DNA of 64,000 nt from Sphaerodactylus townsendi (taxonomy: Eukaryota): assembly GCF_021028975.2 (NCBI RefSeq), contig NC_059434.1:88908001-88972000 (forward strand), written 5' to 3'. This document shows positions 10,977 through 22,900 of this stretch, one piece after another. The translations under genes were made by a program, and so were the position numbers. How positions within the stretch are numbered: the stretch's first letter is position 1; the number at the start of each line of letters is the position of its first letter. A model generated the notes under the pieces. The model ran no database searches. It was not told the DNA's origin and was given only the letters and a program-made list of their open reading frames with translations.

Positions 10977-13900
10977 CTGCAGGGGGACCACAGGAGAGGG
11001 TCAGCCACTCTTAGCCCCAACGGCTCCCCTTCTCCCACCTGGGGCTCTAGCCTGGTCCCCCCCCCCCCCGAGGCCCCAGTGTCTCTTCTGTGCCCCCAAC
11101 CCTCTCCCTTGGGCCGGGAGGCCGCCTAGCAGCTGGGCCCTACCGATGTGGCAGCTGTGCACCCAGATGCGGTGGCCGTCGTACTTGCAGCTGCACTTCA
11201 TGGCGTTGTTGGTGAAGTCGCTCTCTGCCACCTCGTTCTGGGGGTTGATCACCACCTGGGGAACATCAGCCAGCGCTCAGAGGGACCCCCAAGGCCCCCC
11301 CCCCACACCTGCTGCCCATGGCTGGGCTCAGAACCCCTGCCTGACCTGCAGAAGCCTTCCCTCCACCCCACAGCCAGGCAGCAGTCTGAGTGAAACCACC
11401 CCCTTCCAGATGCTGAGCCAGAGAAGGCAAGGGACTGCTGGAGGGCCCCCCCCACTCCTCTGCTTCCCCAGTGAAAGGTGGTCTGGGGGTCAAAGGAGAT
11501 CAGCCCCAGGGAGGAGGGCGCCTTTGGGGCTGTGGGAAAAACAGGCTGTTGGGCCAGGGGCACCTCTGCTCTCAAGGCAGCCTGAGCACCCCAGGCCGTT
11601 TCTCCAGACTGACCCCCCCCCCTCTGAATGGCAAAGCCCAAGCGGCTGGTGGGGAAACTCCGTGCACCCCCCCCCCCCCGCTGATCCTGCTGGGGGTGGA
11701 GAAGGAGCCCCCTCCTGCCGCCCGCCTTCCGGCTCACGGGGCTCCAGGGGTCCCGCTTGACTCTGCAGTGGCTGACCTGCAGAATGTAATTCCCGGGCCG
11801 GACGTCTGTGATGTCGATCCACTGGCAGTCAATGTCGTGCCGGTAGAGGTCCCAGCAGCCCACGGTGATGCCCTGCTCCCCAAAATTGGCACACTCGTAC
11901 CGCTTGCCCACATCTGTCAGAGGAAAGGACCAGGGGTGGGGGAGAAACGGGCATCAGGTTTTGCCTCTGGCTTTCCGCTTTCTCCAGTCATGACCACGTG
12001 GGGCCCAGGCAAGCGGCTTCACAGCTGTGGCAAGGAGGGAGCTCTTTAGGGCAGGCTTCTTTCCACACCTGGTCTGAAAGGGCCCAGGGGGCTCTCCCAA
12101 TGCAGCCCCTCCCTGGCCACCCTGCCCAGCCAGCCAGCCCTCCCTCACCCACCTTCCTGGCACTCCGTGTCTTCCAGGCAGAAGCTGGCCTTGTGTCCCT
12201 CGGCCACCTTGGTGCCGTTGGGCGTGAGGAGGTCATAGTGGGTAAAGATGTCCATGCTGTGGTAGTGCCTGGGGCGGGGAGGGGAGTCCAGGATCAGAGT
12301 GGGGAAGGCCCTCCCATCCTCCTTGTGGTCACTAGTTCAGCTGAGCTCTGCTCAGTCTCCGGCGTGTCCAGGGCACCACTGCCACCCTCCTCGTAGCACT
12401 CCTTACCCGTGGCACTCGTGCCACACCCAAGAGTGGCGCCCTGCCTTGGGACGGAAGTCTGCCCGGCCATTGTTGTGAATCTGGGAAGAGAAACGCAGGA
12501 GGCGCCGGTGCCCGTAGGGCCAGTTGGCTTTGCGGGCACTGCTTGACAGGCAGTTCTCCTCTGCAGCACAGTAGAGCATGTGTAGAGGGCGATCCTCAAT
12601 GTATGCCGTCTCTTGCACCAACGGAGCATGGAGCAGCAAGTCGGAGGCAGCTGCAGGGAGGCAATGGAGCAGGGATTGCTGCAGGAGGCCAAAAGGGCGC
12701 TCTGCAGAGGTGCCTCTGCAGGAAAGGCAAAAGGGGGGGGCAAAGGCCTGGCTGGCTGGCTGGCAGGAGGACACCCAAAAGTCAGCCTCAGCCGGCTTCT
12801 GCCCTCATGGATCCCAAAGGCCAGAGCAGAGATGGGACGGGAGCCCAGAATGCCTCCAACCGGCCTGCAGCCCGCCCTGGGGAGGCCCAGCGTCCGACCC
12901 CCCAACCACAAAGCTCACTCTCAGAGCAGATGACCCCAGCAGCAAAGCGGGGGCCCGTCTTGCGGCAGGTGAGGGTGTCGTGGCGCTGGCAGTGGCTCAA
13001 CGTCATCTCGTGGCCCGCACACTTCACACCGCTCAGCACCATCTCTGTCACGTTGCTGGCATCCCAGTACCAGGTCTCCTTGGAAAGACAGCACACCACA
13101 GCCCGGTCAGGGGAGTGACCCACGCCTCCCCCCACCCCATTTCTCCCTCTCCCCCGACATGTCGTGAGCAGTGTTCGGCATCAGCATGCAAACATGCATT
13201 TCCTGTTGCAAGTTGCTGGCACCGCTCCCCTCCCAAGCCCTCCCCCTGCCCCTTCCATGCGTCCTGCTGGCTACAGACCGCACACGCTGGCCCTCCACCT
13301 ACCGTCACAGCATGCATGGCATAGCCAAGGCCGAGCTGCCGACATGCCACCATGGCTTCTGTGGTGCTCCAGCCCGAGCTGCAAACCGTGCCCCACCTAC
13401 CAGCGTGTTTCACCTCCAGGCGACCCTCAAACACCGTGCGGCCACCGACCATCCGGATCTGTGGAGAAGCCCTGCAGGGAATGAGCCTGCGTGCCCCCCC
13501 TGCCCCGCCCGGGTCCCCACAGAGGCAGAGGGATGCAGGCAGCGCAGCGCAGAGGGCAGCCCAGCAGCCAAGAGCTTAGCCCGGAAGCCCGCTCGGGAGC
13601 CACGCGAGTGCAGGCAGGCATCGGGTACCTCCACTTGCTCTCTAGTAAGCCGCTGCTGGCGTAAGCCCCAGTGCTCCAGCTGGCGATCGCACGCCACCGT
13701 GGCTCTCCAGGGGTCTCCCCAGCCTCTGCGCCACCAGATCCAAGCTCCCACCGGGCTGGGTGAGACCTCGTTAAGCTCCCAGCCCCCCGGGCCACCTCAA
13801 CCCGCCCCTCAAAGCGGTTGCGGCCCATGCTGAGGCGGATCTGTGGAGAAAGGGAGTGGCAGAGGGGGGGGGATCAGGGTCTCTGGGGAGCCAGCAGCTC

Positions 13901-16900
13901 CTACTGGGGAAGCCCCCTCTGCCACTGGGCCCCTCAAACAACACCCCCCCCCCTGCGTGCGCACACATTTCCCCGGGGAGCTCCTCTCCCCTCACACCCA
14001 GCCTGAGGCTTTCCAATCCGCTGTCTTCTTGGCCTGTCTGGTCTAAGCAAGCCCACCCCCCAAACTCCTCCCTCAACAGAGGCCCAAGGTTTTTGCCCAG
14101 TGTGTGCCCCACTTGGAGGCAGCCTAGGAACTACACAGGGGGCAGAGCTGGACCCACAAGGGTTGGTGTTCCAGGCATTTCCCCCTTCCTCTGACAGCTG
14201 GTCACACAAGGGCAGGAAGAACTGGGGGGGGGGGGCGCAGGCAGGCAAGCAGGACAGGCTACTGCACGGTGGGGGAGTGGGTCTGGACCTTCAACTGCAG
14301 CACAGGTGCCCCCGGCAGTGACTCAAGCAGGGCTGATGAAACCCCATCTGCGGCCCTCTGTTCCCCTCTTCCATGCCCACTTGCTTGTGCCAACAGGGGC
14401 TGGCAAACACCCTTGGCCCGGGGTGCGTGGGTGGGCAGCCGTGCTTGACCCTGAGGCCAAACTTCAGGTTACATTTGGCACCAGTTGAACCAACTGCCCC
14501 CTCCCTCGGCCACTGTGGTCTGAGAAAACGGCCTGGGGAAAAGCCTGGCCCCCTCCCCCGCACACATGCAGCATGGTCCGGAGCCCAACAGGGCCTGGCG
14601 CACCACTGGACCAGACTCTCCTGGTGTCCCCACTGGCGGTGCAGACACCAGACTCGAGCCAGGAGGCTCCCGGCAGGCCCCGTGTGGTTCCTCCAGATGC
14701 CAGCCCAACTATCCGCGCAGCAGCCATTTCTCCCTCCCCCTCCCATCCCTCCGGCAGCATCTGCTGCCCACAGCGTGGGTCAGTCGGCCGTCTCATAATG
14801 CCCTGCAAAGGAGGTTCTCCGATTCCCAGCCCTCTCTGGGCCCTTCTGTGGCAGAGATTTTGTGCCTTCCCATTTATAGGTAGAGTGGCTTTTTTTAAAA
14901 ACGACGACAACTGGTGTTGCAGAGATGTTGATATTGTGATATTGTAACAGTATCCAGTTGCTGATTAAAGAACCTGGAAAAGTTCCTGTGGCCCCCGGGG
15001 TGGGGTGGGGTGGGGGCCTGGAGCAGGGACCTCACCCCCCCCACCCCGACCCCTGTGTCAAACCCTCCTCCTCCTCACAGCACAGCCTGGGCAGGGCAGG
15101 GAAACCACAACCGTGGGTCCAAACTCCAGTTCCTCCTGAGGGCCAGACACAAAGGTTTTGGGGGGCCAGGGTGAGAGACGCGCACTTTGAAGGACTGGTT
15201 CTGGGGGGCACGTGGGCCCAGTCCCCCCCCCACACACACCCTCCACAAAGCCAATTTCTTCTTCTGCAGGCAAACGCCCGCTTGACCCCAGCCAGGGCCT
15301 GGCCCTCCACGGCTCCCCCCAGCCTGCCCCGGGGTTTTCATCCCTGGTTGGAGGAGGAGTAGAAACAGGGCTCCACCCGACACCCCAAAGCAGCAGCACC
15401 TCTTCTCCTGTGCCCCCCGCCCTTGAACGGCCCCCCAGATTCCCCACTTCACATGAGGAGGGCGACCTCTTGGCAGGGGGTGGGGGTGGGGGGCTGCAGA
15501 TCTGGAAATGCCAGAGATCCGTTTCCCTGGAGAAAATGGCAGCTTTGGACAGCAAACTCTCGGGCGTTCCCCCCCCCCCCACTGAAGCCCCCCACCCCCT
15601 CCTCAGGCTCCACCCCAAACTCTCCCGGTATCTCCCAACCTAGACTTGGCAATCCTCCCTCTTGGGGAAGGGGGGGGCAGCAGCAGCAGCCGAGGTGGAG
15701 CTACTTTGGGGCTGGGGGCTGCCTCCATCCGCACCTTGCTGGAGCCACTCCAAGAGGAGGACTGCCCGGGTCCTGGGCCCAGCTGGGCAGGGGAGACCAG
15801 CCCCCAGCTCAGCAGGCTGCAGGCGAGTGGGGGCCCTTCCTCCAGGGGGGCAGGAAGAGGCGGGGCCCCTGCCCAGGGTTGTGCGTGGCCCAGCTAACCG
15901 TGGTCTCGTAGCCCATGTAGGGGATGTTGCAGCGGACACCGGCGTCCTCCGAGTGCTTGCAGTCCTCCTGGGTGATGTTCTTGTGTGGGCAGCTCCACAG
16001 CGACTTCTCAGAGCCGGCACACTGCACCTCGTTCATGTGGACGGGGCCCATCCCTGCCGGGGAGAGAGGAAAGAGGAGAGGCTCCCAAGAAGCCCACCAC
16101 TTCCAACTCCATCAGGGCAGCTGGCAGGCCGGGTCACTTACAAGGCGGCTGTGCACCCAGCCGGGCCTCCCTCCCTCCCCCAAGGGCAGGGTCTCGGGGA
16201 GCAGGGGTCCTTCACGACCTCCTCCAACCTGACCCTTTCCATCAGCAATGCCGGGGATTTAACTGTATGGGGGCCAAGAAGACGCTCTACTACTGAGCCA
16301 CCCAGCCCCAGGCAGTCACCGTGTCTTATAACCGGTGGGTTGGAGCCGGCAGGCCAGGGCCGGGGCTCATTCGCAGGAAAGCCAGGACGACTCTTCAGAA
16401 CAGGGAAAAACTTGGTGTGGGGAGGGGGGTGGGGGGTTAAGCTCCCACCCCCAGCCTTGTGGCTCAGAGTGGCGCGTGCCAGCCAGACTCACCTTGGCCC
16501 ATGCGTGCCCCCGTCAGGGCCTCCTTGGCGCTGCCAAAGCCCAGCTCCCGGCAAGCGACGCTGGCTGACATCAGGTTCCAGCGGTCATCGCAGACGGTGC
16601 CCCATTCGTTGTTCTTGAGCACCTCCACCCGCCCTTCGCCAGGCCTGGCCCCGCCCTTCAGTCGGATGCGCTTCTGCGGGCAAGACCGGGAAGTTCAGGG
16701 CCCTGGGGACAGAGGCTGCCCCCCCCCCCGCCCTCACCTAAGACCGGGGTGGGCTCACCTGCCCCTGCCGCTGCTGCCGCTGCCTCTTCTGGGCATTGCC
16801 TGTGGCAAAGAGGGGCCCCAGCACACAGCCCACCACCACGGGCATCCCGCCCTTGCAGGCGCCAGTGGCGTTGCCCCTGTAGAACTGGGAGGAGCACAGG

Positions 16901-19900
16901 GAGAGGTGGGCCTCGTTCCCCAGGCAGGACACGGAGTGCAGCCGGTAGTTCAGCGGGTGTCGCTGCGCATACAGCCTGCAAGGAAAAGGGCCGGTCAGGA
17001 GGCGGGGAGGGAAGCGGAGCTGGCCGGGGAACTCTCCTTTGCACTGAGGCCTGGCATTCGGACCCCCGTGCCCCAAGAGACGCTCACTTGAGGAATGGAG
17101 ACGACCCAGGGACGGGGAGGCTCAGCAGGCACCTCTCAGCCCAGGAAACAGCACCGCACCAGAGCCCTAACAGGGCCAGGAAGGTCCTGGGGCCACCCCC
17201 TCAGCTCAGGTGCAGATCCACCAGGCCCCACACCACCACGCGGGAGCTGGGAACTCTGGAGGCCTAGCAAGGGCGGGGGGCGGGGCTTCAGCTGCTCCTC
17301 TGCTGAACAGCCTCCAGCTGTCCTCGAGCGGCTCCTCTGCAGAGCGGCCTGAGGGCCCTCCTGGCTGCACACCTCCCAGGGGGCAGCGGGGCTCACGTTA
17401 CCTCTTGACACCTCTAAAGCCTTCCCTGCGCCTATGCCGGGGCTGAGCCCTGGGGGCTGGCCTGGAAAACAGAAGCGAACAGTGAAGGAGCCCCCCAAGG
17501 GCCCCTCCCCTCCCCCATCTGCAAGCATCTCCCCAAACCCCTTTGCTGGCCCAGCTCTGCCCGCTCGACGCAAGCCCCCTGGCTGGATGAGACCCGTGCC
17601 TTTTGCCCCCAGCCTGCTGTGTCTAACACTGGCCAGCCAGAGACTCCCCTCACCAGGTGCCAAGGAGGGCACGGAGGCGGCCTCAGCCCAGGCACCTGCC
17701 TCCCTGCCCCGCCCCCCTGGCACTCCCAGGCCCCTCGCGCTGCCCCCGCCCAGAGCATTTTTCCACACTTAGTCGTGGGAATTCATTTTGCACTCCGAGC
17801 AGTTTCCCTCTTGGTTTCTCCAAGCATACCGCTCAGGACAGAAGATCTGGCCCTCAGCCCTTGCCCGATTCCTTAGCTGAAGGACCTCCCCCCCCCCCCC
17901 CAAAAAGTGCCACTGCGCAAGCAGGTGCTGTTTGTACACCTGCAAAGGCTCGGGGGAGGGGGCACCATGCTGCACACCTAATCAGACTCACAACAACTTT
18001 AAAGCCCACCGAGAGCCCCACGGCCTCGGTCACGAGCATTTTGGCTCTCATGAGGGCTCCAGTCCATGAAGTATCCGAGCCTCAAACTGCCTGTTTTTTG
18101 CAGTCCAGATGAGCACACAGATGTGTTTACGTGGGGCTGCTGCACCTCATCACTGCTGAGATGTCCCACGTGGCACGAGAAGTAGTTCATGGGCCACCAT
18201 CCAGTGCAGCCGCCCAGAGGGGACAGGAGCCGTTCAAACCCCTCCTAGCGCCAAAGTTGTCATTTTTAGTACCAACTGTAACTTTTGTATAAAACTTTGT
18301 GGGTTGCCTTGAGTGCAGCAGGGGCTGGGAGAAAAGCGGGGAATGAAGCGAACTGCGGGGTCTCCCCTGCCTCCAACTGTGCCTCTGCTCCAACAGCTGC
18401 CTTCTGTCCACCTCCCGGGAATGGAAAGCCAGCGGCTGTGGCCACATCTGACGTGGCAGTCCATGTAGCACGGAGGACTCCCTTGTGCCTGTCTTAACCC
18501 CACTTGGCCTGTGACTTCATCAGGTCTAGAAAATCCCTCTCACCGTTTGGGATGTTAAGAACATGTCACACCTGAGACATCACGGTGTGTGCCTAGAAGG
18601 AAAAGGGTTGGCGGAAAAGCCACTGAGGTCTGGCTGCAGGCCTCTGGCAGCCTCCTGGCCGGAGGGAGGTCGCCCACTGAGGCTGAGGTGGTCCCTGGCA
18701 CTAAGCTGTCCCTCTCGGCCGTCTCCACAGCCAGTCAGCACGCAGTGCCGGAGGGTGAGTCATCCCCCCTCCCAACGGCCCGGGAGAGGCCCCTGCACAG
18801 TGTCGCCTTTGTCTGGAAGCTCTTTCCAGACTCCCATTCATGTCTGTCGGGTTCTCGCACTCACCTGCTGACCCACCCCACTGCCTGCCCCTCCATTCCT
18901 TGCTTGTTCCTCCCCATTCACACCCTCTGGCAGCTGGCCAGATCTGGTCCCCAACTGGGGTGAAAGGAACCAGCTGGCCGGCAAAGTTCAGCCTCCCCTG
19001 ACCCTACACGTGGCCTCCTGCCGAGGATGCTACCAGCGGCGGCGGGGCTCCTCTTCCGTCCTGTTTCTGAATGGCCTGCCCTCTTCCTCCTCAGCACTGC
19101 GTGGCCGGCCTGCCACTTGCCTCTCCACACAGGACAGGCTGGCCTGCTCACTGCTGGGCCCTCGGCTGCCACGGAGGCAGGCCAGCCGGCCATCATCTCA
19201 TAAGAACACACGGGGACAGCTAGCCGGCTGCTGGCAGATTCGCCCCTCCTGGGAGGGTTAAACAAGACTATTACCTATGACTCTCCAAGAGAGGGAGGTG
19301 CCAGCAGAGAGGGGAAACCTTGTTGGCCAGAGAATGAGCAGAGATGGGCTGCTGGAAGCTCCTGGGCCAAATGGAGGCTGGGGGCGGGGCGAGGGAGGAA
19401 CACCTGGAATTCTGTGCCCAGTTCTGGGCACCACAATTCAAGAAGGATATTGACATGCTGGAACGGGTCATTGATCAAAGGTCTGGAATCCATAGATTAT
19501 GAAGAGAGGCTTAGGGAGCTGGGGATGTTTAGTCTGGAGAAGAGAAGGTTAAGGGGGGTGGGTGGGACATGATCGCTATGTTTAAATATTTGAAGGGATG
19601 TTGGTGAGGGAGCAAGCTTGTTTTCTGCTGCTCCAGAGACTAGGACAATGAGCGATGGATTCCAGGTGCAGGAAAAGAGATTCCACCTAAACATCAGGAA
19701 GAACTTTGTGACCGTCAGGGCTGTTAGACAGTGGAATGCGCTACCCTGGAGTGTGGTGGAGTCTGGAGGTTTTTAAACAGAGGCTGGATGGTCATTTGTC
19801 AGGAGTTCTGTAATTATGTGTTCCTGCATTCCAGGGGGTTGGACTTGATGGCCCAGGACAGATTATTAACTGGACCAGACGCCATGACAGCCAGCAGCTT

Positions 19901-22900
19901 TGCCCCCCCCCCCCCCTCGCCCCAGAACTGTCCCAGTCAAACCGGTACATATGATAAGCCTACTGTTATGGAGAGAAGCATTGGATTAATCCTGCCCCAC
20001 ACCAGCGATTCCTTTGCACAGCTGGCAATTAGACACAGCCACAGGTGGGGAATAGAAAGCCCCTCAAAACAGACCCTCCCCCTCCCCAAAAGACCGCGGG
20101 CCCTGGCCCCTCCTGGGCCGAAACAGGCCTGCCACAGGGCTGGGTGGCACAGAGAGGTTGCCAGCAGCAGAAAGGCCACCCGCAGCCCCCACCCCAGCTT
20201 TGCAGGCGGCCCGAGAGGCAGAGAGGAAGCGGCAGCCCCGATCCCAAGCAGGTCAGCGGCGCCCTGGGCTTCCCGGATGAACCTCACTCCTCCCAAGCCA
20301 AAGGGGAGCAGCTGGGCGGCCGGCCGGCCGGCCTGCCCCCCCGAAGGAGGCCCAGCATGCAGGGCGGGGGGCTTGGGGCGGAAGTTCATCCTGTGTTCTT
20401 GGCTGGATTTCAAGCCACTCGATCCAGCCCGGATGGTTCTGCCCGCTGGGCAGCTTGGGCCCATCCCACAGAGAAGCCTCAGGGGGGTCTGGCGTTACCA
20501 GGGGGCACTGGCAGCCCAACACTGCAGGGCCCGCCTGGCCCTGTTACCTCCTCCTGCCCAGGCCTGCCTTCCTCCTGCCCTTCGTCGCCTTGGCTGCTCG
20601 CTTGAACCGCCTGGAAAAGTCAGCAGGAGCTTCTTAAGGGGGAGGCGGCAGCTGGGCCCTCAGTTGGGATCCCAAGAGTCTCACAGTGGGAGTCCACAGA
20701 CCGGCTCTCCCTGCGATGCCCCACGCGAGCCCCCTTCCTTCCACAGAACGCCACTTCCAGGCTCTTGACCCTGAGCCGGCCACTAGAGTTGGGGGGGGGG
20801 GCTTTCAAATGGTGTGGGGCCCAATTGAAAACAGTGTTCCTCCTGCTGCCTGCAATCCCCCCCGCCCCCCCGTGTCCTGCGTGTCGGGCGTAGTTTGCTC
20901 GGAGCTGAGCCCTCGGCACACAGAGGCTGGAGAGGGGCTGCTTCAAATCAAGACAGGCTGAGCCCCCCCCCCCCCCCCCGCTAGTTAGTCAGGCTGTCTT
21001 TCCAGCACGCAATGGGTGTGGGCTGCTGCTATTCTCTACGTGGCAAAAGCTCCTCTGTAGCCCCCCCACCCCGCCCAGGATACTTGAGCCTCCCCCAAGA
21101 GGGCTGTTTCAGGCAGAGAGGGCCCGGGGCCTCCTCACCCGGCCTGGGGCTGCAGTTCCAGCTGGGCCACCTCCTCTCCCGGGCCCTTTCTTCCCCTATG
21201 CCCTGGGGGCCAGGTCTCCCCCCTGCTTGGCCGTGAAGCCTCGGTGGCCATGGAGCAGGCACGTCCTCCCTCTCTGTGCCTACCTCGCTGAGTTGTTGTG
21301 AAGATGAGACCGAGGGGGAGGGCCACTCGCACAGAGCTGAGCTCACTCTGGGGACAGCGTGGCCACGTCAGCCTCATCAGGATGCTGGGCCCGCCCCCCC
21401 CCCCGCCCCGCCCCCCCCGCCCCAGACCAGGGGTCTTCCGTGAGGGCCTGACTCACCTGTAAAAATTCCGGTTAACCTTTTTCTCAGCAGGGAAGCCCAG
21501 CAGGCCACACACGACCCGGCTGTTCTGGCTGCTCCAGTTCTCGTCACAAATTTGGGCCCAGCTGTTCTTGTAGCGGACTTCCACGATGCCCTCCGTCACT
21601 GGCAGCGGCCGCTTTGCATGGGACACGACTGGGCGCAGCCGCAGCTCCTCCACCTGGCTCTGCTCTGTCTGGGGGAGGGGAAAGGGTCAGCCCCGTCCAC
21701 GCCTGCCTCAGCCAGGGATGCCAACCCAGCTGGCACCTGGGGAGGATCCCCGGAATGATAGCTCCTAGTCTCCAAACACAGGTTAGATTCCCCGGAGAAA
21801 ATGGAGAGGGCAGGGCTCTGTGGCACAGAGCCCCACTGAGGCCCCCGTTCCCCCCACGCCCCATCCCCAAATCCCAGGAGTGTTGGCAACCAGACCCCCA
21901 CCAGCCTTGGCTCTCGTTGCATAGGCCTCCTGCAGCCCCCCCTCCCCATCTCCCCTCGACTCAACACATTGGTTGGAGCAGACAACTTTGGGCTGTCCCT
22001 GCCGTGGGCCCAGGCCAAGCGGGAGGAAGTCTTGCTACTCCTGAACAAGCCCAACTCTGCTTTGCCGGGCTGCAGCCCCACACAAGGCTGGGAGGGGAAC
22101 CCCCCCCACCTCACACACACACACACAGGGTTTCCATGGCTTCAAGTGGGAAACTGGGAGGGGGCTGTGGCAGAAGCCCAAGATAGATTGAGAGGCAGAG
22201 GAAGGCCCCACTTGGAAGGCCCCGCACCTGCCTGGCACCGGCCACTCCCATGGATACCCCCAAGGTGGAAGAAACGGCTTCAACTGGCAAAGGCAATCCA
22301 GTGGAAGGACGTCCACACATTACCTGCATGACGCCCGCACACCCCTGAACGGCCCAGGAGGACTTTTTGCAAAGCTTAGAGGGCACAGAAAGACGCTTGG
22401 CAAGAGGACAGGGACTCTGGGGCGGAGTAGTGCATAGTTAGGGTTACCAGATCTGGGTTGGAAAATACCTGGGGATTTTGGGGGCGAGACCCAAAAGGGT
22501 GAGCTGGGGGAAGAAGGGCCTTCTGTGAGGCATAATGCCTTAGAGTCCACCTGCCAATGGGGCTGTTTTCGCCAGTCGCAACCTGGAGGTTGGCAACTCT
22601 GTTCATACCACTTGCTGCAGACAACCTGACCTTGAGGTAGGTGCCGAGTTAATACTGCAGTTCTGTATTGGTTGGTCCCAGATTTCTGCTTTCTAAATCC
22701 TGCTGCAACATTACTGGGTATGTCTGACGGCCCATCCTGATTCAGCTGCATTACCCACATTTTGCCTCGGTGAAAAAGCCCAACCTCAAAGGATGTAAAT
22801 ACATTTTTCTTTTAAAATTGCCCACAACCTCTCTATGAAGTACAGAAAAACAGCTGGTGGCAGCCTGGGGGCCCACGGTTGGTCCCACTCCTGACCTTGG

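Noticed and set aside
20401-20429. GGCTGGAT-N13-ATCCAGCC hairpin as a possible ncRNA
   Set aside because: An 8-bp stem is expected many times by chance in 64 kb; no RNA family features.
19731-20768. 345-aa ORF antisense to LOXL3 intron 4
   Set aside because: Starts in a CR1 remnant, has no recognisable domain and is compositionally biased.
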